The position numbers and the translations under genes were made by a program. From an uncultured Poribacteria bacterium (lineage in GTDB: Bacteria > Poribacteria > WGA-4E > WGA-3G): 64,000 nt of DNA. Location of the stretch: the NCBI GenBank assembly GCA_951813565.1, contig OX638351.1, forward strand, positions 512,001 through 576,000, given 5' to 3'. The notes below the pieces were generated by a model that ran no database searches, was not told the origin of the DNA, and saw only the letters and a list, made by a program, of their open reading frames with translations. This document shows, piece by piece, positions 19,179 to 29,221 of this stretch (its first letter is position 1; each line of letters opens with the position of its first letter).

Positions 19179-20303
19179 ATGCAAGTTCAAGCAGCGGTGA
19201 TGCTCCAACCGGGACAGATAGAAATCCGCGAATTTGACAAACCGACACCTGCAGATGATTCCCTTCTGCTACAAGTTGACAAAGTCGGTATTTGTGGTAG
19301 TGATAAGCACATGTATCTCGGACACACAGCCCTGAAGTTTCCTGTCATTCCTGGGCATGAAGTTGTCGGTACAGTCTCCGAAATCGGCAAAAATGCTAAT
19401 CAAGTTATGAATGTGATGGGCGGTCCCATTAAAGCAGGTGATCGTATCACCGTGGTACCCGGATCAAAAAACTGCGGTAGATGCTACTACTGTTTACATG
19501 TCCCTGGACGTCCAACTTTATGTTCTGGACGGACTATTTATGGGTTTAGCAACAGTGAAACACCTCCGTATCTGAACGGAGAATTCTCTGAATATACTTA
19601 TATTCACGGCAACTCTTGGGTTTACAAAATACCTAAGGATATTCCCGAGGAAATATCTGTCCTGACAGAACCAGTAGCGGTAGCGACACGTGCTGTTGAA
19701 CGCGCATGTGCACCTGGATTGCCGCAGGTAGGCGATGGCTACAGCATTGGAAGCAGCGTTGCCGTGCTTGGGTGTGGTCCAATCGGTCTCCTTGTCATCG
19801 CTGTGTTACGGGATAGTGGGGCAGGGACTATCATTGCTACCGACCTTGTAGATAGTCGTTTAGAGATGGCAGAACAGATGGGAGCAGATGTCGTTATAAA
19901 TGTTGGGAATACCACGCCAGAAGAACGGGTTGAACAGATTCAATCTCTCACAAATGGTGTTGGTGTAGACATAGCAATTGAGTGTGCAGGGATACCTGCT
20001 GTTTTCTCTGAAGCATTAGATGTTGTGAGACGTGGCGGGAAGGTTATTGAAGTCGGGCACTACACCGATTCGGGTGAAACCCAAGTAAGACCGCATCAAA
20101 TTTGTAACAAGGACTTAGATGTCTGTGGGGTATGGGCATATCCACAAATCCAATTTCAAACAGCGTTGGATTTTCTTCAACGAACACGCGCACCATTGCA
20201 CAAACTGATAACACATCACCTTCCATTGAATCAATTGGAAATAGGCATTGATATGCTTGGCAAAGAAGGTGTTTACAAAATTGTGATTGAACCTCAATCC
20301 TAA
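19179..20303 (+). CDS. Zinc-dependent alcohol dehydrogenase (MDR family)
   Basis: GICGSD, PGHE, CGRCYYC...C, GCGPIG. Confidence 0.92.
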   Translation: MQVQAAVMLQPGQIEIREFDKPTPADDSLLLQVDKVGICGSDKHMYLGHTALKFPVIPGHEVVGTVSEIGKNANQVMNVMGGPIKAGDRITVVPGSKNCGRCYYCLHVPGRPTLCSGRTIYGFSNSETPPYLNGEFSEYTYIHGNSWVYKIPKDIPEEISVLTEPVAVATRAVERACAPGLPQVGDGYSIGSSVAVLGCGPIGLLVIAVLRDSGAGTIIATDLVDSRLEMAEQMGADVVINVGNTTPEERVEQIQSLTNGVGVDIAIECAGIPAVFSEALDVVRRGGKVIEVGHYTDSGETQVRPHQICNKDLDVCGVWAYPQIQFQTALDFLQRTRAPLHKLITHHLPLNQLEIGIDMLGKEGVYKIVIEPQS

Positions 20304-20358
20304 GAATATTCAACAAATATGCTGAATTATCATCAAACCACTAAATGAAATCCAATAT

Positions 20359-21360
20359 ATGGGTGAAAAAATGAAAAATCAAAAACGTATATTCATTTTA
20401 CTATGTTATTATCCTTTGTCGTTATGTTTCTTTAGTCTTGGTATAATAAAAACCTTTGCTGCTGGCGACCCACCTAAGAGACCGAAAGAATCTTCACTTT
20501 ACAGAACAATCGAAAACGCGAAAGCCTATGTCGTGAAGAACCAAAATAAAGATGGAGGCTGGCCACTAATATCGGGTGAAAAAAGTGATGCGGAAATCAC
20601 TGCTCTTGCCATCTGGGCTTTAACTGAAACGGGTTGGGGAACCGGATCGCGTGTTATTCGCAATGGCGTTAGATATTTGAAGAAAACACAGCGTGAAGAT
20701 GGTAGTTGGAACAACAATACCGCTCACACCGCCTTCGCTCTCATCGCCTTGGCAAACGCAAAGGCGGATGCCGACATACGATTTGATGGACTTCAATGGC
20801 TCAAGAACGCACAGAATCCCAGTGGAAGTTGGGGACGCAAAGACAAAAGTCCTGGACACCTTCTCTATACTTCCGCCACGCTTGTCGGATTTAAAAAACT
20901 TGGCTTCACATGGACGCGTTTCAAACCTGTTCTTACCGGCATGGAGTGGCTCGGTAATGGAGAACGAGTTAATTTTGAGAATGTTTGGCATCTGCCAGGT
21001 GGAACTCAGTCGGATATTTTTGTAACATCTTGGGCACTGCAGGGTTTATTGCCTGACTACGATCTTGATGAACAGATCGCTTGGTTAAAGCAATTCCAGC
21101 ATGAAGATGGTGGATTCCCCAGATTCAAGGGCAAACCGAGTGATCCAGAGGTGACTGCTGCCGTTATTATGGCACTTGCAGCTGGAAATGACCCACTCAA
21201 TACGCGACGCATTGCTATATCCTACTTCACAAAAGCACAAGAACCTGATGGAGGCTTTGTGAGTGATATTCCAATAGAACTCAAGACACCTACCGCGAAC
21301 TTACAATCTACTTGTTTCGCGCTGATCGCTATCCATGCAAAAACAGACAGTGACCGCTAA
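20359..21360 (+). CDS. Exported prenyltransferase/squalene-oxidase repeat protein
   Basis: Five QxxxG(G/S)(W/F) repeats (QNKDGGW, QREDGSW, QNPSGSW, QHEDGGF, QEPDGGF). Confidence 0.8.
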   Translation: MGEKMKNQKRIFILLCYYPLSLCFFSLGIIKTFAAGDPPKRPKESSLYRTIENAKAYVVKNQNKDGGWPLISGEKSDAEITALAIWALTETGWGTGSRVIRNGVRYLKKTQREDGSWNNNTAHTAFALIALANAKADADIRFDGLQWLKNAQNPSGSWGRKDKSPGHLLYTSATLVGFKKLGFTWTRFKPVLTGMEWLGNGERVNFENVWHLPGGTQSDIFVTSWALQGLLPDYDLDEQIAWLKQFQHEDGGFPRFKGKPSDPEVTAAVIMALAAGNDPLNTRRIAISYFTKAQEPDGGFVSDIPIELKTPTANLQSTCFALIAIHAKTDSDR

Positions 21361-21389
21361 ATTATTTAAGAAAGAAATTGCTGAATTTT

Positions 21390-21835
21390 CTCTGTGGGAG
21401 GGGTTTTCAACCCCGCAGCATGCCATACGCGCATGCTGCGTTGATTTGGATGAATGCCTACACGCGCATTCAGCGTTGATTTGGCAGCATGCTACGGGGA
21501 ATGCCATAAGGCATTCGGACCCGGTGAATGACTAAAGACGAATGCGCCAAATCAACGGTATGAATGCCCTTTGGCATTCCCCGTATGGCATTCGCCATGG
21601 TTCATACCGTTGATTTCTTGATTTGGCGCATTCATCGTTGATTTGGATTTTATAGGTTTAGGTTCACAAATCGGGCGGACAAGGTTTCCCTCCCACAAGA
21701 GGTAATCCGGTAATTATGTGCTTAAATTGACACTTACTGGGTTAAGCGTAAGCAAAACCTATGGTCATCATTTTTGTAGGAGGGAACTCCGATTCCCGAC
21801 TAAAATGGATCCCGATTCGGAGATCGCTCCTACTA
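21390..21835. repeat. Cluster of REP-like palindromic modules
   Basis: tgtgggagggg..ttttcaacccc, aaatcaacggtatgaatgcc, aaatcgggcggacaa and gtaggagggaactccgattcccgac...gatcgctcctac recur elsewhere in the window. Confidence 0.7.
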
Positions 21836-21890
21836 AAGAGGCGTCTGTTAAACCTAATCCATAAGCTAAAATGACACCTACTCGCGTCAA

Positions 21891-23420
21891 TCAAAATTCA
21901 ACCAGTAGCTGTGGGATAATTGCCGCACTTCGCGTAGGTTTTTCAACGTTATTTACTTGATACACAAGTCGCGCTAAAGCACCTTCCGTGAAATGCCAGG
22001 TCAACGCACCACCCAGTGTTGACCAAACCTGTTCATCAGGTTCTTGGTTAAATGCAAACGTGCTAAATTTCTCCATATTCGGATTCCATACATCATACTT
22101 CAACCGAACATCTAAAGTTTCTGTCAAAGGTAACTCAGCGTGGAGATAATATCCTTCCACCGTTGCGTTGCGATCTTCCGATGGAATTGGAATGTATAGA
22201 TATTTCAAGAGTTGTGTATCTTGTCCACGAACCCATTCTGCGGCAAGATCAAATCGCCACAACTTGAAACTTGTCGCCAGACCGACACGGCGTTTATAGA
22301 GCAACGTTGACGGGTTAACATCACCGTTTATAGGATTAAACGGATAACTATTGCCATCAAAATAGGATGCACCAAGCCAAATCCGCTTTCCAAAAACAGG
22401 AAGAGTGCCATTCACATGAACAAACAACGGCGGACTGTTATTTCGGATCGGTTTAAGAACACCGCCCCCACTCCCGTGCGGGCCGATTCGGATGCCTGTT
22501 CCCACCGTTCCCTCCGTGACAGTGCGGAGTGAATCTGGACCATCCGCAAGCGATAGCACATACGAGACGGGACCTACGAAACCGTTTAGTTGAAATCCGC
22601 GGTCAGAAATAAAACCGATGTTCTTTCGAACCAGATTATATAGAGGATTCGCCGCAGCGTCAGACTTCGTATCAATACCGAAACCGTGTCGAAACCGACC
22701 GATTTTCATAGACGCACCCTTTGGTAAAACGGGTAATCCTGTCAGGATAGCGTAAACAAATCCGTGGTCGTCTGCAACCTGTGTTCCTAACGGAGAAGTC
22801 GTCAGTAGCTGCTCACCTAATATGCTAACATGATCGCCGACATTCGTTGTTACCACAAATTCAGCAACGTGAATAAGCGTAGTACCACTGTTCCAATTGT
22901 CTCTATCAGGTATCAAATCCTGTCCGCGAGTTGGACGGCGGATATCCAATGCGCCGCCGAATATAAGGTCTCCAAACACACCACCGAGAAAATCAGAGCT
23001 ACCAGTATCCTCGGTTGCATCAGCGTCATCAAAACTAAAAACGTCTCCGTCATCAATATCTAACGCTTCATCCGATGCAGAGAGAACGTTTGAAGGTTCA
23101 ACATTTTCAGGTGTACTGGCAGCATCACCTGGGTAGGAACGGGCAAGAAGTTCAGCGATATTGCTAAATCCATCTTTATCTGAATCCGTCTCTTCAATAC
23201 GAAGGAAAGTTGACTGATTCATACCGTTGTGTAGGAATGCTCTGCCGTAGGGATTAGGCGAATCCCCACCCTTCTTTGAAAAATGGCATACGTTACAACC
23301 GCCTGTCCATTTATATTTAGCCTTGAACATTTTATAAAACGCTGGCAGAGCAAATACTGACTGCCCTGCGATCATAGCCCAAAAGAGAGCCATCGCGCAG
23401 AAGAGCAAAATTTTGCGCAT
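21891..23420 (-). CDS. Monoheme cytochrome c-porin fusion (Cyc2-like architecture)
   Basis: Signal peptide; LPAF...CNVCH...NPYGRAF..NG; DSDKDG loop; C-terminal amphipathic beta-strands ending in F. Confidence 0.65.
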   Translation of the reverse strand: MRKILLFCAMALFWAMIAGQSVFALPAFYKMFKAKYKWTGGCNVCHFSKKGGDSPNPYGRAFLHNGMNQSTFLRIEETDSDKDGFSNIAELLARSYPGDAASTPENVEPSNVLSASDEALDIDDGDVFSFDDADATEDTGSSDFLGGVFGDLIFGGALDIRRPTRGQDLIPDRDNWNSGTTLIHVAEFVVTTNVGDHVSILGEQLLTTSPLGTQVADDHGFVYAILTGLPVLPKGASMKIGRFRHGFGIDTKSDAAANPLYNLVRKNIGFISDRGFQLNGFVGPVSYVLSLADGPDSLRTVTEGTVGTGIRIGPHGSGGGVLKPIRNNSPPLFVHVNGTLPVFGKRIWLGASYFDGNSYPFNPINGDVNPSTLLYKRRVGLATSFKLWRFDLAAEWVRGQDTQLLKYLYIPIPSEDRNATVEGYYLHAELPLTETLDVRLKYDVWNPNMEKFSTFAFNQEPDEQVWSTLGGALTWHFTEGALARLVYQVNNVEKPTRSAAIIPQLLVEF

Positions 23421-23480
23421 GATAAATTCCTTTTAATGAATGTAGAGCGAACTTGGAATCCGCCCTATGAGGTATAAGGT

Positions 23481-24458
23481 TTAATACGCCTCAAGGTCAA
23501 TCTCTTCTTCGCTAAACCGGATGTGCGCTTGTTTTATTAACGCTTCTATTTCATCCCACTGCTTACGCGTCTCGTCAGAAATTCCTTTTTCATTAAGTGC
23601 TTTAGCAAATTCAGTGAGCGTTTTGCTAAACTTATCTTGCATCTCGACGTACTCTTCCTTCTGATCAGCATTTTTCGGCGGTTCAAAATCGGAAATACCT
23701 TTGGCGTATAAAGCAAGTTTTTTAGCAGCGGCTACCGCTTCTGCTTTTCCCTCGCCTTTGTCAAAGTAGTCAAAGATTTCAAAATAGGCATCCACCATTA
23801 AAATCATGAGTTCCTTCAAGTCCTCAACTTCAGGCATCTCCTCAGGTGATTCTTCCGGTGGTGGTGTCTTTTCCGCATCCGATTTTGGCTTGCGTTTTAG
23901 AAATAGCGCATAGCTCATGACCAGTGTTTTTTTCGGGATCAAAGCGACAGCTTTTGATGCCTCTTCATGCCCTTTAACGGCTTCAATATCCTTACCGACC
24001 TTGAAAGCATCGTCTATTCCCTTGCCAACAAATTGCTTGAGAAATTTCGCTGATGCAATCGCATCCGATTCCTTGTGTTCATAGACCGCTACTTTCACGA
24101 TCTTTCCCTTCATGTTAAGTCCAACGGCACCGTCAATAGTACCACGCGGGCCTTTCACATCAACGAACAGTACCAAACCGATCGGTTTCTTTTGATCACT
24201 AATCGGAATATAGAAGATCGGTTTTTGGTCTTCTTGCCGAAGTTTAGCCCCTAATTCTTTCTCAATAGATGCGATTTTGTCTGGCTTGAGTATAACAGTT
24301 CGTTGAACAAATTTTTTCGCTTTTGGGAAGATAGCAGCGAGTTTCTCACCTGGCCACTCCGTTTCATGCGCGTCACTGAGTAGTGGGGTAATTACCATCA
24401 AGGAAACTAACATAAGCAGCATGCCCGTATGAGACGGACGGTATATTTGGGAATTCAT
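23481..24458 (-). CDS. Exported FMN_bind-like domain protein with C-terminal helical domain
   Basis: IFPKA...VKGPRGTID..VGLN.KGKI.KV.V..HKE...FLKQFVGK...VGKDIEAV. Confidence 0.65.
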   Translation of the reverse strand: MNSQIYRPSHTGMLLMLVSLMVITPLLSDAHETEWPGEKLAAIFPKAKKFVQRTVILKPDKIASIEKELGAKLRQEDQKPIFYIPISDQKKPIGLVLFVDVKGPRGTIDGAVGLNMKGKIVKVAVYEHKESDAIASAKFLKQFVGKGIDDAFKVGKDIEAVKGHEEASKAVALIPKKTLVMSYALFLKRKPKSDAEKTPPPEESPEEMPEVEDLKELMILMVDAYFEIFDYFDKGEGKAEAVAAAKKLALYAKGISDFEPPKNADQKEEYVEMQDKFSKTLTEFAKALNEKGISDETRKQWDEIEALIKQAHIRFSEEEIDLEAY

Positions 24459-24474
24459 CTTTTTCTCCTTATTT

Positions 24475-24510
24475 TGGAATTATAGGGTGGGTGCCCACCC
24501 TATAATTCCA
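24475..24510. repeat. Perfect 17-bp-stem hairpin (REP-like or mRNA processing element) inside the operon
   Basis: tggaattatagggtggg tg cccaccctataattcca. Confidence 0.6.
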
Positions 24511-24516
24511 CGTGAT

Positions 24517-25533
24517 TTAGTCTGACTCCTCAACTTTGACCATGAAAGTAGGAAACAGAATTTGATCGGTGTGCTTAAGCTGACCGAAAATCTGATAGAC
24601 TCCAGCTTTCGGAAATGTAGTCATGAGCATTACAGCTGGGCCGAATTTCTCTGGCGTTGTACCTTGATGCTGATGTCCGGTTGCAGGAGGCTTTTTCATT
24701 TTATGTCCGGCATGCGGATCTTTCTTCATCATCTTGTCTGTCCGTTCATTCATAGGAACTGTACCATGCGTATGCAGTATACCATCTAAACGGGTACTTA
24801 CGATAGCAAAATGCATTGGTGCATCTAAAAATGGAACGAGATCAGTAATCGGTTTTCCATCGCGCGAAAAATGATAGGTGATATGAACCATCTCACCTGC
24901 CTTGATTTGTTCTGGCACTTTTATTTTTACGTGATATTTGGATGTCCCTTTACCATCAATGATAGAAACAGCTTTTGTAAACCGATCTCCGCCCTCTTCT
25001 GTATAACCAAAAACAACTTTTTCCCGCTGAAAATCATCAGAAATATCTGCCATTTTCTTATCACCTTCAACATCTACATACAGATATTTCGCGAATTCGG
25101 CATCTGCAGTCATCACATCAAGTGCAAGAATATATCTACCAGCAACAGGGAAAGTAAAGTGCACTGTATAAGTGCCTTCAAGTTCCGCCATCATGTCCCG
25201 TGACTCAAAATCTTCGGGATGAATATGTCCGATGATCTGTAGGTTCTCACCGACTATTAGCACATGCAGAATCCGGTCATGATGTATCATAAGGTCTGTA
25301 AAAGGTTCTCCCTTCGCATCAGTAAGATGAAACATCAGGGCTGCAGATACACCAGCCTGAATCTTTTGCGGCTCAGTGTGAAGCTTAACATTTAAGTCAG
25401 CAGTTTTATCTGCCTTATGTGTGCTGTGCTTCTCATGTTGCTCGGTAAAACCGAAGTCTACAAAAAACAGTGTAGTTACAACTATTGCTATAGCAAAACG
25501 AAAAATGAAAAACGTGGAAATTCGGGATAGCAT
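24517..25533 (-). CDS. Exported His/Met-rich heavy-metal-binding protein (two Ig-like/YtkA-like domains)
   Basis: HHDRILHVLIV..HIHP, FPVAGRY, MHFAIV..HTHG, HAGHKM..GHQHQG, FPKAGVYQIFGQ. Confidence 0.7.
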   Translation of the reverse strand: MLSRISTFFIFRFAIAIVVTTLFFVDFGFTEQHEKHSTHKADKTADLNVKLHTEPQKIQAGVSAALMFHLTDAKGEPFTDLMIHHDRILHVLIVGENLQIIGHIHPEDFESRDMMAELEGTYTVHFTFPVAGRYILALDVMTADAEFAKYLYVDVEGDKKMADISDDFQREKVVFGYTEEGGDRFTKAVSIIDGKGTSKYHVKIKVPEQIKAGEMVHITYHFSRDGKPITDLVPFLDAPMHFAIVSTRLDGILHTHGTVPMNERTDKMMKKDPHAGHKMKKPPATGHQHQGTTPEKFGPAVMLMTTFPKAGVYQIFGQLKHTDQILFPTFMVKVEESD

Positions 25534-25652
25534 TTTAATTCCTCCATACATTTAACCCGTAAATTAAGTATAAATTCAAATAGATCAATTTCCCGTTGCC
25601 TCACACAAAGGTAGGGAAAGGAAATCGTTCAAATTATTTGTAAAAGTTACTT

Positions 25653-26087
25653 TTAAGAAGGGGTGTACGGAGGGCCGCGACGGGATATGTCGCTATTTAA
25701 AAGAGAGGTAAATAGCTTAGATGGGGATGGGAGATGAAGCAATATCTCCTGATCAGTAGGTAAAGTCGCAGAGAACGGAACAATAGAAACGATTTGGTGT
25801 GTTAACGATTCACGGATAACGTCTCCATTATGTGAATCGCTGGGGAGAATAAGTTCTAAGCTATTTAAACAGCAAGCAGTCTCACTTTCTGATGGTGTTT
25901 CAGATTCACTTGCGGCATCTGTTTTATGGCAACAGGACGAACTTGTTTCAGCATATTCCATCTGTATTTTTTCAGATAAGCCACTACACAAGATTTGTCC
26001 AAAAGCCGCACAGAATAGTGGGCATACAGAATAAACGCAGACCAATACTGCAAGTAAGATGGGAAATTGCCAATGTTTTCGCAACAT
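25653..26087 (-). CDS. DUF2946-like Cys-rich leader protein ending in RGPP
   Basis: Hydrophobic N-terminus, CPLFC, SSCCH, ACC, C-terminal SRRGPP; GGAG RBS before ATG 26087. Confidence 0.7.
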   Translation of the reverse strand: MLRKHWQFPILLAVLVCVYSVCPLFCAAFGQILCSGLSEKIQMEYAETSSSCCHKTDAASESETPSESETACCLNSLELILPSDSHNGDVIRESLTHQIVSIVPFSATLPTDQEILLHLPSPSKLFTSLLNSDISRRGPPYTPS

Positions 26088-26144
26088 TTCTAAATTACTC
26101 CACTGTTTCGTATAAAAATAAAACGAATTAAACGCTTCAAAGAT

Positions 26145-26174
26145 ATTATACACCAAAATTCAAAAAAGTTGCAA
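26145..26174 (-). promoter_or_regulatory. Sigma70-type promoter for the DUF2946-led operon
   Basis: TTGCAA-18-TATAAT on the minus strand. Confidence 0.55.
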
Positions 26175-26240
26175 GAAAAAATTAGAAGACGGGTATAAAA
26201 AATTTTGCCACATAGATTGGATTGAGAGGTATTAAGAGTA

Positions 26241-26561
26241 ACGTGAGTTTGATAAAAGGATTCAATTTTGAATGTTGTGTTTCGTTTACGTTCATCTTGG
26301 CACCGAAATCAGAACAAGTGCCTTTGCTCCGTGAATCAACGCCAAATGCGCGTTTGGCATTTGGCGGGTGCGGTATGTCCGTTGAAGCCACATAGCACTC
26401 CTACGGAGCGCAAGAACTTGAAAACCTAACTTCTATAAACATAGCACGCCGCTGGCGTGCTGCAACATATTCGGCATCAAATTTGGATAGCCATGATATC
26501 GTGTTGGATTCCTCTAAATCATTGAGTCAAACTTACGTTAATATTATTATCAAACTCACGT
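26241..26561. mobile_element. IS982-type MITE, 321 bp
   Basis: Perfect 15-bp IR ACGTGAGTTTGATAA; 8-bp target duplication TAAGAGTA (26233-26240, 26562-26569). Confidence 0.9.
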
Positions 26562-26744
26562 TAAGAGTAGATTTTTTATTTTTCTGAATCACGGATTATG
26601 CAGATTGCACAGATTGCACGGATTTTGGGACAACCTGCTGTCAAATCAACGTCAATATATCGGGTTAAAAACCCCTCCTACAAGAAAGAAGGAGTGATAA
26701 TGCCAAAAATCTTACACATCCTTAGAGGACAGTTATAAAAAGGA

Positions 26745-26773
26745 TTGCACTTCGGACAGAAAACCTGTATAAT
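26745..26773 (+). promoter_or_regulatory. Sigma70-type promoter upstream of msrP
   Basis: TTGCAC-17-TATAAT. Confidence 0.55.
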
Positions 26774-26852
26774 TTGAATAATAAAAAAGAAACCGATAAA
26801 TACTCCACAGTTTCAAACTGAAAACCCAAACCCCTATGGTAAGGAGATCCCA

Positions 26853-27812
26853 ATGGCAAATATAAAAATCCCCAAGGGATGGGAAATCCCAGAAAATCAA
26901 GTAACTCCTGAATCAGCCTATATTAACCGTAGAAAGTTTATCAAAGACCTCGGCATTGCAGGTGCTGGCGCGTTGTCGCTTTTCGGCACAAGTGCTTGTG
27001 CGCAAGAAAGCAAGGTTGCGAAACAACTTGAACCCTATCGCATGCAGACTCTTGAGGCTAAAAAGAACAAAGAATTCACTGTTAAACGGGAACAAACTGA
27101 TGAAATTGTCGCAGCAACTTACAACAACTTCTATGAGTTTACCAGTTCAAAAAGCACTGTTTGGAAACGGGTTGAAAGGTTTAAAACGCGTCCGTGGGAG
27201 ATTGAAATATCCGGGCTCGTTGAAAAACCGATGACCTTAGATGTAGATGACCTAATTAAACAGATGCCCCTTGAAGAACGTATCTATCGTTTTCGTTGTG
27301 TTGAAACTTGGGCAATGGTTGTTCCCTGGATCGGTTTCCCAATGAAAGCGTTGCTTGAAAAAGTTCAACCAAAGTCTGAAGCGAAATACGTAAAGATGGT
27401 CACATTTATGGATCCTGACGTTGCACCGCATCAAAACAATTTTGGTTTGCCGTGGCCTTATGTTGAAGGGTTAACACTCGCGGAAGCCATGAACGACCTA
27501 ACGTTAATGGTTGTCGGTGTCTATGGACATATCTTACCGCCACAGCACGGAGCACCCATTCGGTTGATTGCGCCATGGAAATACGGGTTTAAAAGTATCA
27601 AATCTATTGTTAGCATTGAACTAACCGACAAGAAACCTCGAACCTTTTGGAACGTCATACTTCCGAGAGAATACGGCTTTGAAGCAAACGTTAATCCGAA
27701 CGTTCCGCATCCGCGTTGGTCGCAAGCCACTGAATGGATGATTGGCTCAATGGAGAGACATCCAACAGTGATATACAACGGTTACGGCGAATCTGTGGCG
27801 CATCTTTACTAA
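26853..27812 (+). CDS. msrP: Protein-methionine-sulfoxide reductase catalytic subunit
   Basis: Tat [48 protein letters not shown]. Confidence 0.95.
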   Translation: MANIKIPKGWEIPENQVTPESAYINRRKFIKDLGIAGAGALSLFGTSACAQESKVAKQLEPYRMQTLEAKKNKEFTVKREQTDEIVAATYNNFYEFTSSKSTVWKRVERFKTRPWEIEISGLVEKPMTLDVDDLIKQMPLEERIYRFRCVETWAMVVPWIGFPMKALLEKVQPKSEAKYVKMVTFMDPDVAPHQNNFGLPWPYVEGLTLAEAMNDLTLMVVGVYGHILPPQHGAPIRLIAPWKYGFKSIKSIVSIELTDKKPRTFWNVILPREYGFEANVNPNVPHPRWSQATEWMIGSMERHPTVIYNGYGESVAHLY

Positions 27813-27958
27813 AGGCAACTTCCAAGTCGCAAATTACAAATGATGGTAGATTTTAGGATTACTTGGACATCTTGCACCAGCGAGGTTAGGAAACCTCGCC
27901 TACCGGGGACAAAAGTGTCCATTACTTTTTATGATTCATCATAAGATGGAGAAAGCAA

Positions 27959-29218
27959 ATGAATAGCAAACAAACATTCAGAAAAACCGCGTTGGGTTCA
28001 ATGCTTCTCGTTTTTCTGTTATTTATTGGGTGTTTTGAGTCTGTTATTGACACACTAAACCAAGAGAAAGACGAATCTATTGTTGCTCCAGTTGATTCAG
28101 GCGTTCCCATGGCGAACACCAAATTCGGCTTTAATCTGTTTAATGCGATCTGGGAAACTGAACAGAATCAGAATATCTTTATCTCACCGTTCAGCGTTTC
28201 TACTGCCTTAACGATGACGTTAAACGGCGCAGCTGGTGAAACAGAACAGGCAATGGTTGACACGCTTCAACTACAAGGTATAGACTCCGATTCCATCAAT
28301 TCCAGTTACGCTCAATTGCAACAGACACTTCAAACAGCGGACTCGAAAGTGACACTTACAATTGCAAACTCGCTTTGGGGCAACGAAGGGTTCTCATTCA
28401 AATCTGATTTTCTGCAGCGCAACACTCAATTTTTCAAAGCTGAAATCTCAATACTTGATTTTTTGGACCCAAATTCTCTAACAAGAATTAATCAGTGGGT
28501 AAATGACAATACAAATGGCAAAATCCCAAAAATTCTTGATGAAATAGACGCGAATGCGGTGTTATTCCTAATTAATGCGATCTATTTCAAGGGTGCATGG
28601 CAAACAGAATTCGACCCTATGCATACGCGCGATGGGACGTTTCATCTCATAAACGGGAGCACAAAGCAGGTGCCGATGATGTTTAGATCAGGGCGTTATT
28701 CCCATTACCGTGGAGATGCTTTCCAAGCCGTTAACCTCCCTTATGGCGATGGGCGGATAAGTATGTATATTTTTCTTCCCGCCCGCGATTCCAACCTGAA
28801 TACCTTTTTAGAAACTTTAACCCCGGAGAATTGGGAAAATTGGATATCACAGTTCCGCGAACAGGAACTGTCCCTCAGAATCCCTAAATTCAAACTGGAA
28901 TATGGAACAAAAGAACTTAATGACGCGCTTACAGCACACGGTATGGGTATAGCATTTGATGCAAATCGGGCGGATTTTAGCCGGATGGTGTCTTTAGAAG
29001 ATTTAGGGGCAAATCTATATATTGATAAAGTTTCCCATAAAACTTTTATTGAAGTTAATGAAGAAGGTACAGAAGCTGCTGCTGTAACTGTTGTTGGGAT
29101 CGTAAAAACCAGTCTGCCACCAGAATTCACTGCTGATCGACCATTTTTCTTTGCAATTCGTGATAACCAAACAGGAACGGTGCTATTTATAGGTACTGTT
29201 GTAGACCCTCAGCCATAA
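27959..29218 (+). CDS. Serpin (probable lipoprotein)
   Basis: ISPFS, NAIYFKGAW, hinge EEGTEAAAVT, ADRPFFFAIRD; lipobox-like FIGC. Confidence 0.95.
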   Translation: MNSKQTFRKTALGSMLLVFLLFIGCFESVIDTLNQEKDESIVAPVDSGVPMANTKFGFNLFNAIWETEQNQNIFISPFSVSTALTMTLNGAAGETEQAMVDTLQLQGIDSDSINSSYAQLQQTLQTADSKVTLTIANSLWGNEGFSFKSDFLQRNTQFFKAEISILDFLDPNSLTRINQWVNDNTNGKIPKILDEIDANAVLFLINAIYFKGAWQTEFDPMHTRDGTFHLINGSTKQVPMMFRSGRYSHYRGDAFQAVNLPYGDGRISMYIFLPARDSNLNTFLETLTPENWENWISQFREQELSLRIPKFKLEYGTKELNDALTAHGMGIAFDANRADFSRMVSLEDLGANLYIDKVSHKTFIEVNEEGTEAAAVTVVGIVKTSLPPEFTADRPFFFAIRDNQTGTVLFIGTVVDPQP

Positions 29219-29221
29219 TAT

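Noticed and set aside
20359..21360. Squalene-hopene or sterol cyclase
   Set aside because: Only ~330 aa, exported, and no DxDD/DCTAE catalytic motif; repeat protein only
21390..21835. Repeat cluster as a CRISPR array or tRNA
   Set aside because: Units are heterogeneous palindromes with irregular spacing; no cloverleaf or T-loop consensus
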